From a virus (lineage: Duplodnaviria; Caudoviricetes), in the IMG/VR virus record IMGVR_UViG_3300031867_000006, positions 64,001 through 128,000 of that record: 64,000 nucleotides of DNA; one strand, written 5' to 3'. A program made the position numbers and the translations under genes. Shown here piece by piece: positions 28,253 through 38,287 of the stretch; positions within the stretch are counted from its first letter, which is position 1, and every line of letters starts with the position of its first letter. The notes below the pieces were generated by a model. The model did not search any database, had not been told where the DNA came from, and worked only from the letters and a program-made list of their open reading frames with translations.

Positions 28253-30077
28253 GCGATAACATTGGCTACGGTTTTAAGATCAATGGCATCCTCTTCATCT
28301 CCAGAAGTTTGTATGGTTGGCTGGTTAGATTCTGGTAAAGATAGGCCTTGGTCTGCAGCATTACATGATAATGGTAGTACATTATATAATTACGGCGCGA
28401 TGGAATGGTGGTTAAGGGGAGCTGCTGATCATGGTTTATCAATACCTCCGCATATAACAAATGGAGTATTTACAATGGTATCTAAAGATGCTAGATCTGA
28501 AAGGGTTAATGCTTATACTCAAAGTAATATAACTAATGGAGTTAAATACGGCGATGTATTGGTGGAGTAGAACTAGCACGTACTATCCAGAAGCCCCTAA
28601 TCATTCTGATAATAAAATTAGATTTAATGCTAAAGCTGATGGTGAAGAACATATATGGACAATTCCAGCTTATAGTTGGAATGGTGTTGATGTAGTAATT
28701 GTCGGCGATGAATTGTTGGTGGTTTAGATCAGGATGTTATGTATATATAACTGGAGGTGGTTGGCCAGCTAGGTCTGATAAATCTGCATTCGTTATGTAT
28801 ATGAAAGAAAGGAATCCACCAGTATGGGCTCATTGTGCTAATTTTACATATGTATATGATATTAGTACACCATGTAATTACGGCGATGGAATTGGGATGG
28901 TTATTTAGATCATTTTATGATGTAAGGACACAACCTTCAAATTATTTAAATAAAGATGGAACTGGATATTGTGTATATTGCCAAAGCTATAATAATACTT
29001 CTGGATTAAATTGGATTGCTTATCCTATAAATAAGCCAACTGATAGATATTATTACGGCGATGAGTTGGTGGGAAAGATCTGGCTATAAGCCTGACAAGG
29101 CATCATTTTGTTGTTCAGGATATTATAATACACCTAATGGAACACCTCAAGGTACTAATGCTGCAAAACATAGTGGTACTGGACAATTATTTAATCTCGG
29201 CGATGGAATGGTGGTTGAGGACTTGCCCAAATCATGATATAAATGCTGGTGCTTTAGAAAATAATAAGTCTGTTATAAGTTGCGTTTGGGCGGATGGTAA
29301 GAGTTATTATGCTATACAAGGCGGTAATGGCTATTATGTAAGAAATTTCGGCGATGGATTATTGGGATAGATCTGCTTCATCGAAAATAGTGCAATGTTA
29401 TTAATATTTTCAACAGATGATAGATTTATAAATACAGGTTGGAAAGTTCCGGCATATAAATTCCCTAGTGGTATTGATTGTATTTACGGCGATAATTTGT
29501 TGGTTAAGAAGTGCAGATTATAAAAGTATACCGTGGTATGGCACTCAATATGATAATAAAGATGTGAGTTTTATTTATATTAGCCCAGATGGTTCAGTAA
29601 ATTGTACTGTTGCATGCCATGGATCATCTAGCCCTAGTAATTACGGCGATGTATTGGAGAACAAGAACTAGTTCATCTCAAGCTGGCGATTGGGCTACAG
29701 ATAATAAAAGTTGTTATATGTGTATTAATGGTACTTATGTAATTAAAGCGGTGAATACATATGCTGCAACTAGTGTCGGCGATAACTTGGTGGAATAGAT
29801 CCGCTGCTGGAAACCATTGGAAATATAAAACTATTGGATTTACTGAAACTACTATTGATGGAGTATCAGACTTTAATTATGCGTGGAGATGGGAATCTGC
29901 TGAACCATATCAAATAATATATCACGGCGATGGATTGGTGGACAACTAGTGCTATGTCTGTATATGCTAATATTTATCATAGTGGTAGCACTGGTAAAGA
30001 TTATTGCCCTATAGATAATAAAGGTGAACCATCGTATCAATTTGCTGGTAATTGTGGATATAATATAGATTTCGGCG
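28253..30077 (+). repeat. array of 12 variable coding cassettes joined at CGGCG
   Basis: CGGCG at 28393, 28549, 28703, 28881, 29056, 29198, 29349, 29487, 29644, 29777, 29925, 30073; each unit reads (M/I)x(1-3)WWxR(S/T/G)-like...(Y/F/V/L/H)G. Confidence 0.9.
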
Positions 30078-30080
30078 TTT

Positions 30081-30116
30081 AAAAAAAGAAGCACCCTAGG
30101 CAATTAAGCCTAGGGC
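30081..30116 (-). terminator. CCTAGG-family terminator bounding the cassette array on the right
   Basis: CCCTAGGC-AATTAA-GCCTAGGG with A7 run to its left. Confidence 0.75.
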
Positions 30117-30148
30117 AATTATTAATGGAAAACAATAAATATGAATAA

Positions 30149-30736
30149 TTAACCCTCTGCGAGAGTCTCATTACCTTCATTAGTCTGAGCCTGTTTCTCA
30201 GCTTCTGCACGCCTTGCAGCTCTGCGCTCAGCCTTTGTGAGATGTTTAACCTGAGGCTGCTGTTTGGGCTGTTCTGCAGGTTTCTCATCGACCTTCTCTT
30301 CTTCAGCCGAAGTTTCTGCTGACCCTCCTACGCTGGGTAATGCAGGAGCTTCATTAGCATTATCATGCTCAGAATCATCAACCGGCTCTTCAGCAGGTTC
30401 TTCTGCCTTAGGAGGCTCTTCCTTCTTGGGATGTTCTACAGGTACAGCAGCCTGCATGGGGGAGATCTTATCTCTCTCAGCCTTACGCTTTGCTTCTTCT
30501 GCTTTCTTGATCTCTGCTTCCATCTGGCTGTCAGCATTACTCTTATCATAGTTAGTGATATCGAGATTTACTATAGTACCATCCGGCAGGACTTCTTCTA
30601 CCATAGCTCTCCCCATAAGTGCAGCGCGAATCTCCTCGTTGGTCATGCGAGTATTCTTTACAGCGCTCACGATAGGCGGGTTAAACATGGTAAGTGGAGC
30701 CTTCGGGTAAACGTTAACGACTTTTCTTTGTTTCAT
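30149..30736 (-). CDS. hypothetical protein with Pro/Glu/Ala-rich tail
   Basis: 195-aa ORF with RBS. Confidence 0.75.
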   Translation of the reverse strand: MKQRKVVNVYPKAPLTMFNPPIVSAVKNTRMTNEEIRAALMGRAMVEEVLPDGTIVNLDITNYDKSNADSQMEAEIKKAEEAKRKAERDKISPMQAAVPVEHPKKEEPPKAEEPAEEPVDDSEHDNANEAPALPSVGGSAETSAEEEKVDEKPAEQPKQQPQVKHLTKAERRAARRAEAEKQAQTNEGNETLAEG

Positions 30737-30738
30737 TT

Positions 30739-31086
30739 TTAATCATCCTCCTCATTATCTTCGCTATCGTCATCAGAGTCATCATCAGACATAGCGTTCT
30801 TTACAGCCTCAAGATCATCCTCGTCGTCATCTTCGTCATCGGATAAATAAAGAACATCATCTGTGCCTTCATTATCTACCGGAGCATCATAATCCTCATC
30901 TGCGAGGAATTCTTCATCCTCGTAAGGATCATAATCACTGGCTTCAATATCCTCATCGGTAATCTCTGCGATGTCATCAATGTCGGTACTATCATGCTCA
31001 ACAACGTCTTCCATTGCATCTTCAATATCTTCAGCTTCAGAATCTAACAGATCATCATTAGCCATATCTACCATAAAATCATCCAT
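30739..31086 (-). CDS. highly acidic hypothetical protein
   Basis: Asp/Glu-rich, AGGAGG RBS. Confidence 0.7.
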   Translation of the reverse strand: MDDFMVDMANDDLLDSEAEDIEDAMEDVVEHDSTDIDDIAEITDEDIEASDYDPYEDEEFLADEDYDAPVDNEGTDDVLYLSDDEDDDEDDLEAVKNAMSDDDSDDDSEDNEEDD

Positions 31087-31099
31087 TGTTAATACCTCC

Positions 31100-31294
31100 T
31101 TAATCAAATAAGTCATCTAACTCGTCATCATCGAGATAGTTATCACCATCTCCAAAGAGATCAGTGTTTTCTGCATCATCTAAGAGATCATCAATAGCGT
31201 AGCTATTTTCATCTTCTCTTACTATCTCGCGTGTATCATCGTCCATCATTTCCCTAAGAAGCATATCTTCTATAGGTGTTCTTAATGAATCCAT
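31100..31294 (-). CDS. small acidic protein
   Basis: MDSLRTP..., AGGAGG RBS. Confidence 0.65.
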   Translation of the reverse strand: MDSLRTPIEDMLLREMMDDDTREIVREDENSYAIDDLLDDAENTDLFGDGDNYLDDDELDDLFD

Positions 31295-31323
31295 AGTATT
31301 TACCTCCTGGCTTAATATCATGT

Positions 31324-32604
31324 TTAAGATAACATATTTTTTAATTGCGATGTTAAGCAATATATTACCATAGGAATCTCATAAAACTGCTCCCTTGTAG
31401 GCATATAATCTAAATGCTTGAGAAGATCAATATCATCATCAGTAATCTCTTCATGATTGAAGTATTTGATTATGATATTCTTAAGAATATCCTCTTCTCT
31501 ATATTTAGTATTGCTCTTTATATTATCCGCAAATGCTGGATCATCAAACATATTGAGCATATAGAATTTACCCATATGATCAATCTTACGATAATCCATT
31601 ATATAGTAATCAATTGGATACTGATATAATAAGCTAAGTCTCTGTTCGCATTTAAGAGCATGACCTACATAGGTTCCAATATGGTGCTTAAGATCACATT
31701 CCTCTACATTAACAAAAAACGTCTTGCTATAATCTATAGGAAATGTTGTCGGCATGATATATTGATGTTGTACATAGATATATTTAGTAGACCCACCGAG
31801 AATATCATTTCTAATTAGGAACTCAATTAGGTAAGGATCATATATCTTAAAGCCTATAAAATCATGATATCCATAAGCATTAGGTCTGCTGCCACCATCA
31901 GTACCATTATTGCTATAATTAAGAGCAAATGATTGAATTCTATTATCATAGAATAAACCAATATAATAGTCTTTCAATGCTGTCAATGTGCTCTCAATAT
32001 CAGAAGCAGCATTATAACTCTCTTCCTCCATTAAGCAAGCAAAGTTTGTACCAACATTATCAATCATGAAGTTGTATCTTTTAACAACCTGCGGTTCAAT
32101 ATTCTTTAATCCATCAGAAGATTTCAATGAATAAGCAATCTTATACATCAATGCCCCAGTCTCTATCATATTAGGATTAACTGCAGTGATTTCAAACAGC
32201 ATAGGCGTCGCTAACTCATCAATATAAAAGAAATCTCCCGGGTATGGAACAACCGTAAATGGAAGCACTATAGCTTCACCAGTTATATCAGAACCCTCAA
32301 GACCATATTCACCTATCTCAAGGCTTGGATCTGGCTTAGTATATCCATAAATATAGAAATTATTAATCTTATTGAATCTTAACGGTGACTCAGGCGATAC
32401 TTCACCGAAATTGCCTCTAGTCGACTCATCCAATGTAGTCATCGTAGTATTAAGATTATAATATGTACACTTAGTACCTTGCTTATCGCTCCACATATAA
32501 TATGGATTTTTGATAATATTTTGGACTAAGTTCTTATCCAGTTCAGTAACCTGATGCTGAGTTAGTACACCAGATCGGTCAGTATTTATAAACTTCCCAG
32601 CCAA
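31324..32604 (-). CDS. probable virion structural protein
   Basis: Long ORF with TTG start after GGAGG; late promoter at 32636-32647; PYPGDFFYI motif. Confidence 0.55.
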   Translation of the reverse strand: MAGKFINTDRSGVLTQHQVTELDKNLVQNIIKNPYYMWSDKQGTKCTYYNLNTTMTTLDESTRGNFGEVSPESPLRFNKINNFYIYGYTKPDPSLEIGEYGLEGSDITGEAIVLPFTVVPYPGDFFYIDELATPMLFEITAVNPNMIETGALMYKIAYSLKSSDGLKNIEPQVVKRYNFMIDNVGTNFACLMEEESYNAASDIESTLTALKDYYIGLFYDNRIQSFALNYSNNGTDGGSRPNAYGYHDFIGFKIYDPYLIEFLIRNDILGGSTKYIYVQHQYIMPTTFPIDYSKTFFVNVEECDLKHHIGTYVGHALKCEQRLSLLYQYPIDYYIMDYRKIDHMGKFYMLNMFDDPAFADNIKSNTKYREEDILKNIIIKYFNHEEITDDDIDLLKHLDYMPTREQFYEIPMVIYCLTSQLKNMLS

Positions 32605-33008
32605 AGCGTATACCTCCCTTCGCATTATTATTAATTATTAAAATGTCTTCTTTAGAATTATATACCCATCCCAACAGGCTATTAATAGTATATATCGAGG
32701 TGAGAAAAAATAATAGCGATGCTGGCGGCACCGCTATTATCTTTGTATGATTTATTTTTAATCCTTCATACTAGGATTGTTTTCGATCATGGACTGAAAT
32801 AAATCCTGCCAATAATCATTGCTAGCGATTTCAATTCTTTGCTGGAGAACCTCATCAGTAGCATAGATATTTTCAACCATTATTCTCACCTCCTTATATA
32901 TTATTTCTTTATAAGTCTCCTTTCAATACTTATAAATCAAATATATAATATACAACACAAAATGAGAACTTTGACAAAAAATAATCCCCTAGGCATAATA
33001 GCCTAGGG

Positions 33009-33575
33009 TTATTCATTGTTCTTTATAAATATATCCATCATATGACTATTTGTAGCCACATAGAATCTATAGACTTCTGAATTGGCTCTCATAGCCTGCT
33101 CGAATACTCTATGTACATCTAGCGGTATGCTAGGATGCATCTTAGCGAACGCGTCAAGAGTATCGCATTGATCTATAATACACTCATACATATCCATAGA
33201 ATTATACCTATAACAACTATCCATAGATTGAACCATGAATTTAATAAGCAACTTCTTAGTCAATGATATTACAGGGTCAGGATCTACATAATTAACCATC
33301 TTATGAATCCAACCGGATAAGAATTTATGCTCTTTAAATGCAGGATTATATATAGTACCCCAACTCTCATAAGATTCATGATCCATTACTGTTTGTTCTA
33401 GAGTTTCTTTATCCATGCAGATGACTACATCAGTCTGTCTATAGAATTTAAACATAATCTTACCATAATCAGCTATAGCAAGATTAGGATTCTGCATAGT
33501 TATTTTAGGTTCGGCAATCTTCTTTTCTTCCTCACCATTTTCATTCTCTTTGTCTACTAAGATAAAATTATTCAT
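33009..33575 (-). CDS. hypothetical protein
   Basis: ORF in primase operon. Confidence 0.7.
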   Translation of the reverse strand: MNNFILVDKENENGEEEKKIAEPKITMQNPNLAIADYGKIMFKFYRQTDVVICMDKETLEQTVMDHESYESWGTIYNPAFKEHKFLSGWIHKMVNYVDPDPVISLTKKLLIKFMVQSMDSCYRYNSMDMYECIIDQCDTLDAFAKMHPSIPLDVHRVFEQAMRANSEVYRFYVATNSHMMDIFIKNNE

Positions 33576-33961
33576 TTTACTATCCTTACCATTTGTATTT
33601 TGTACTTCTGATTTTCACACTCATCTTTTAGAAATGGGTATTTCTCAGCAATCTCGTTTAATACCATATTCTTATATCTCTTATAATAAGTATCGCCGGG
33701 AATACGCCTATCTAATTGATGGACTATTTTCATGTCTCTATCATACGTTGAACCAGTATGTCTGATACTATTAACTAGTATACGCTTAATATCGTCTTCT
33801 TGTAAAAACACCCCATGCTCAGCCTTGCATCTCAGGCGTTCTGAGGAGTTATCATAAAATTCACGCACTGGTTTTTCCTCAACAACCATGTTATTATGTA
33901 TGCGATTAAACAGATCTTTCTTACGCAACATCCGTTTTTCTCTTTTACGATTCTTTGTCAT
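33572..33961 (-). CDS. hypothetical basic protein
   Basis: ORF overlapping neighbours. Confidence 0.65.
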   Translation of the reverse strand: MTKNRKREKRMLRKKDLFNRIHNNMVVEEKPVREFYDNSSERLRCKAEHGVFLQEDDIKRILVNSIRHTGSTYDRDMKIVHQLDRRIPGDTYYKRYKNMVLNEIAEKYPFLKDECENQKYKIQMVRIVK

Positions 33962-35019
33962 AATGCTTCTCCAATTCTATAATAAGAATCTTCTATATGA
34001 TCTAATGGAACCCCATAATCTTTTTCTCCATTATGCTTATTTCTATGTATTATAATATCACATGGGAGATTCCTTATCTTATTAAGTATAAGCTTATTAA
34101 GCTCCTTCTCATTAACATCACCATCTGGATATAAATGAACCTCATAATTCACTAGTCCAGTTTGTTGTAATATGAATTGCAATGCTCCTATGTAAGATTT
34201 ACCTCCACAGGCTATATAGATATTCTGCATATTAATTCTATTATTCAAATTATATATGCCGAGAACATCGAATGGACCTTCTGCAATATGTATCTTCACA
34301 GGATTATTATCATAATAGTTAAATTGCGTTGGTATTACATAGAAATTCTTGCTACCATCTTGCTTACCAATAAGGCTATAATTCATATATCTCTTATTGA
34401 TAAAATCTGGTAAACCCTTCTCAAATACTCTACGCATATTTGTAAATGAATTATCAAATGAGATAAATCCAATAAAGTTTGTCGCAAATAAATTGACTAT
34501 ATTAGGATCTCTGGTTAATTCCAAATTATTCATCTGTATGAGTTTATTAAGATCTAAGAATATCTTTAGATTTAATATATCTTGAAAACTATAATTAGTG
34601 CCCAAGCGTTCATTTATATACTTAAGCTTCAATAAATTAAGATTTGTATTATCAATCCAATTGTTGTTTAATGGATAGATATCTACATTCTTAAGATACT
34701 TATACTTAGGCAATTTCATTACATCAGCATTATGTCTATCTATATTAACTAATACATCAGAATCATTACACCCTAACTTAGTTAATAACTCACCACTAAC
34801 CCTTCCAGCAGCCGGGCACCTCTTGCAATCATACATTGCAATCTCATCTACATTCTGAGGCACGCCAATATATAAATGATGATGTATGTCTTCCTTTAAG
34901 CCATTCGAAACACAAAAAGGACAGCAGACTCTAACTTCACGTCCGCCAGAAGCCACTTTTAGGTTAGGATAGAAATTCCTAATCATATTTATAAAATTCT
35001 GTCCAATATAATTATACAT
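33958..35019 (-). CDS. DNA primase (zinc finger plus TOPRIM)
   Basis: CPFC...H...CKRC zinc finger; IAEGPFDV, YPDGD, KDYG. Confidence 0.85.
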   Translation of the reverse strand: MYNYIGQNFINMIRNFYPNLKVASGGREVRVCCPFCVSNGLKEDIHHHLYIGVPQNVDEIAMYDCKRCPAAGRVSGELLTKLGCNDSDVLVNIDRHNADVMKLPKYKYLKNVDIYPLNNNWIDNTNLNLLKLKYINERLGTNYSFQDILNLKIFLDLNKLIQMNNLELTRDPNIVNLFATNFIGFISFDNSFTNMRRVFEKGLPDFINKRYMNYSLIGKQDGSKNFYVIPTQFNYYDNNPVKIHIAEGPFDVLGIYNLNNRINMQNIYIACGGKSYIGALQFILQQTGLVNYEVHLYPDGDVNEKELNKLILNKIRNLPCDIIIHRNKHNGEKDYGVPLDHIEDSYYRIGEAL

Positions 35020-35126
35020 ATTAGCACACCTCCTTTCATATATATGTAGTAATACGTATAAAAAAGAACCACCTAGGCCCATGCTGGGCCTAGGCTTTTA
35101 ACAAGAGGAAACATTTTTACCATGGA

Positions 35127-35375
35127 TTATCTATTATCATTATGTTCATAGCCTATGTAGAATTGTATTCCCAATGCTGTAGAATATTTTATTAAACTCC
35201 GTAGAGTTGGAGATGTAGTTTCATCTCCAGACTCTATAGAGCTAATGCAAGATACTGATAATCCGCTAATTTCAGATAATTGTTTTTGTGTCAAATTCTT
35301 AGATTTCCTCGCGTTAGTCAGTTCCATTCTAAGTAATTTATCTTGTATCATAGATTCTGTATTTGTCATAGGCAT
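35127..35375 (-). CDS. XRE-family helix-turn-helix protein
   Basis: ARKSKNLTQKQLSEISGLSVSCISSIESG...PTLRSL. Confidence 0.88.
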   Translation of the reverse strand: MPMTNTESMIQDKLLRMELTNARKSKNLTQKQLSEISGLSVSCISSIESGDETTSPTLRSLIKYSTALGIQFYIGYEHNDNR

Positions 35376-35381
35376 ACCTCC

Positions 35382-36947
35382 CTATATACAAATTACATAT
35401 GATAAGAACTCTTCGTCTATCATATCATCTATCATCGGTGCATTTATACCGTCATACTCTGTAGGGCAATCATTTTCTTCATCCCAATCTATCATTTCAA
35501 ATTGAGATGATTTAATTGTGCCTAAGAGCTCGAAGAACTGAGCTTCTACTTTAGGGTTATTATACTTCTTTCTAAACTCATTCCATAATGTAGCATTCTT
35601 TATCTCATTAGTATTGTTTTTATTGATTACCTTACGAGATGAAATTCTGCTAACTTTAGAACTGATCAAATATGGTAATATAACCATCCCGAGAGCTTTT
35701 AGTTTCCTTTTCGCAGCAATCATAAGTTTTATATAATGAATCTGGTTAGGGATACTTTTCCATGTCTCAGGATCGCCAAGATTCTGGTAGAATATATATC
35801 CAAGCAACTTATTAGTTGTTGGATTAATTACTCCACTTCCATCTTTGGTTAACATCTTCTTATAATGAGCTATCTCTTTCTCACTGTACGGCCCATACGT
35901 AGCTTCAATATCAAGAATAGCCATTTCTGCAGCGACTTTGTTTTGCATCGCCAAGGCTTCGTCTTTCTTCGATATTTTGGACTCATAACGATCGAATTCA
36001 GAGTTTTGATCTGCGTCTCTCTCGCTAGAACTTAATCTATTGAGCGTGTACTCATATTCAATATCCGTTATCTTATACGAAATTGATCTACGATTAGAGA
36101 AATAATTGAAGTTTACAATATTGCTATTGTATACGTATTTAGGCATAATCTGTAGAATTATGTCGTCTACAGAATCATGAGTGTGCGTTGTGGCGTTATT
36201 GCCACGGATACGATTCTTATCCCACAGTGTTTTGTTAGGGTTTCTGGACTTATTGACTACAGAGAGAGCTGTTTCATAGATTTTCTGGTGTACGTCAATA
36301 TTCTCCTCTTCTACGTATTTAGTAACACACATATCATAGAGTGTTCTCATAAAGTCTATTACATCTTCAGATTTCTTAATGAAGTTCATATACATATAAT
36401 GAGTAGCCATCGGTATATAGATATTCATCATAAGACTTACTTCATAAAGTATCTTTGCGTGATTGTTATTGAACTGAAGATTAGGTGTTCTGCCACCGTT
36501 ATTAGACAGGTTCATCTGATAGTTATCAGATACAAAGTGCTTTATCTTCCTAGTAAGACTAGGATTGCGGATAATATAGATATTCACATCATCCATGAAG
36601 TTCTCTCTAGAGTACTTCTTATTATAATCAATAAGATATTTAATCCTATACATATACATCAAAAGTTCCCTATCATGATCATAATACTTCTCAAAATGAT
36701 TCAGATACTGGCAAATGTGATCTCTTGTCTTATCCGAATTGTAACTTCTCTTTGGACTCATAGCAAAATAGTTTATCTGCTGTGATTCCTCATCTGTATT
36801 GCCGAAGAACTCGGCTATTGGTAAAATAATATCACCTTTGATATTCTTAAATATAATATCTTCTGGCGCTATAGGATACTTTGGGTCAATACCCCATTCG
36901 TCTACAGGCGGTATAGCATTTCTGTCAACTATACTACACATTTCCAT
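35382..36947 (-). CDS. conserved jumbo-phage protein, possibly the sigma-like promoter-specificity subunit of non-virion RNAP (AR9 gp226-like)
   Basis: 521-aa helical-looking protein with early promoter, close to the chaperonin as gp226/gp228 are in AR9; function inferred from position and size only. Confidence 0.4.
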   Translation of the reverse strand: MEMCSIVDRNAIPPVDEWGIDPKYPIAPEDIIFKNIKGDIILPIAEFFGNTDEESQQINYFAMSPKRSYNSDKTRDHICQYLNHFEKYYDHDRELLMYMYRIKYLIDYNKKYSRENFMDDVNIYIIRNPSLTRKIKHFVSDNYQMNLSNNGGRTPNLQFNNNHAKILYEVSLMMNIYIPMATHYMYMNFIKKSEDVIDFMRTLYDMCVTKYVEEENIDVHQKIYETALSVVNKSRNPNKTLWDKNRIRGNNATTHTHDSVDDIILQIMPKYVYNSNIVNFNYFSNRRSISYKITDIEYEYTLNRLSSSERDADQNSEFDRYESKISKKDEALAMQNKVAAEMAILDIEATYGPYSEKEIAHYKKMLTKDGSGVINPTTNKLLGYIFYQNLGDPETWKSIPNQIHYIKLMIAAKRKLKALGMVILPYLISSKVSRISSRKVINKNNTNEIKNATLWNEFRKKYNNPKVEAQFFELLGTIKSSQFEMIDWDEENDCPTEYDGINAPMIDDMIDEEFLSYVICI

Positions 36948-37008
36948 AAAACAAATACCTCCTAAAATCTTATTGTTACAAAATTATAATATACAATAGA
37001 AATTAAGT

Positions 37009-37800
37009 TTATTTTCGTTTTACGTTTCGTGTGGTTCTGACTGTCTTTGCTGTCTTGACTGTAGATACTTTCTTAATTGAGGTACTCCGATTTCCCCCTG
37101 AGTTGTTGTTTCCATGGCTGTTACCTCTTTCTTTATATCTTTCTTCTTTCTTCGATAGTTTTTCGCCTTCCTCTTGACGAGCTTTGATCTTCTTGTCAGC
37201 ATGCTCTATACTATCAACTAAAGCATGTTTACTGTATTTATTAGATAATCTATCTAGATTATGCCTATAGAATAACCCGTATCGCTCCATAGCCAGATAC
37301 GCAAAATATAATGATTTTACATAGAAGATATCATCATTAGGATTCTTCGTTCTAGCTTTAGTTCTTAATGCAGTTTTACTCATTTTAGGCTCGCAATCCT
37401 TAATGAATATATCATGCTTAGCGAAGGCATGAACAAACGTATATACAAATGCCGGGTCATTCGAGTAGAATCTAACCATATATTGTCTCAATGAGTCGTT
37501 AGCCTTCTTCTCATTAACCTTAGTGCTAAGCTGTATAACTACATCATAATAGAAATTCGCTATAGGCTCACTAGGGATTTTAAAATGAATATAATAAGTA
37601 TCATTAGCGTCAGACTGATGATATACTTTGAACTGGATATCCCCCTGCTCTCTAAGCAATATCTTATCAAACTTGGCTTGATACATATCCTTATACATTT
37701 TCCTGTTGGTTATTACTGTTGCTCCACCATTTGGATTATCTATATATTTATCAAAACTCATACCATCAACGGCTTGTTTCAATACTTTAGTCGATGGCAT
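37009..37800 (-). CDS. hypothetical phage protein with basic tail
   Basis: 263-aa ORF. Confidence 0.75.
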   Translation of the reverse strand: MPSTKVLKQAVDGMSFDKYIDNPNGGATVITNRKMYKDMYQAKFDKILLREQGDIQFKVYHQSDANDTYYIHFKIPSEPIANFYYDVVIQLSTKVNEKKANDSLRQYMVRFYSNDPAFVYTFVHAFAKHDIFIKDCEPKMSKTALRTKARTKNPNDDIFYVKSLYFAYLAMERYGLFYRHNLDRLSNKYSKHALVDSIEHADKKIKARQEEGEKLSKKEERYKERGNSHGNNNSGGNRSTSIKKVSTVKTAKTVRTTRNVKRK

Positions 37801-37818
37801 ATTTATACACCCCCTTTG

Positions 37819-38244
37819 CTATATAAGTGCATGTAACACTGCTATTATAATGATCTGTAATAGATGATATAGCTGATCCTCTGCAAGGTTTATTGTTTTC
37901 ATATTAGCTTTAGAGTTGTCTATAGATGCGTGTAAAAATGCATTGAATATTATAGTCAAACACAGTAGGTTAAAATTGAAATTGCTCTTATGCCAGTGAT
38001 AAATAATAATCGGAATGTGTACGCTAAAACTCCATTCAAACCCATGGCAAATAAGAGCAGCTATATAATCATACTTATATTTATCAGAATATTCTTTCTG
38101 ATTCTTCCACCAAGACTTCTGCTTCATTTTAGCAAGAACATCTTGCAAGACATAGTCATCTATTATATGACAATAAATCATACACAGTATCATAAATAAT
38201 AGAACGCCGAATTTTAACTGAAACATATTTATATCCTCATGCAT
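37819..38244 (-). CDS. DUF3307-like membrane protein
   Basis: HIIDDYVLQ, HG, HASID, EDQLYH motifs with TM segments. Confidence 0.75.
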   Translation of the reverse strand: MHEDINMFQLKFGVLLFMILCMIYCHIIDDYVLQDVLAKMKQKSWWKNQKEYSDKYKYDYIAALICHGFEWSFSVHIPIIIYHWHKSNFNFNLLCLTIIFNAFLHASIDNSKANMKTINLAEDQLYHLLQIIIIAVLHALI

Positions 38245-38287
38245 ATTATGCTAGGCTGACCTATGAAGATCAGCCCAGTCATAAGTA

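Noticed and set aside
28262-29949. ORF-track ORFs (28262, 28536, 28699, 28835, 29137, 29468, 29610, 29761) as genuine genes
   Set aside because: They lack RBSs and are cassette frames extended by out-of-frame read-through into neighbouring units
28253-30077. DGR template/variable repeat pair
   Set aside because: Units are not near-identical copies differing at adenines, lengths differ, they are not AAC-rich, and no reverse transcriptase is in the window
28253-30077. Integron cassette array or invertible shufflon
   Set aside because: No attC-like palindromes, the junction is only 5 bp, all units share one orientation and no integrase is adjacent; a mechanistic analogy remains possible
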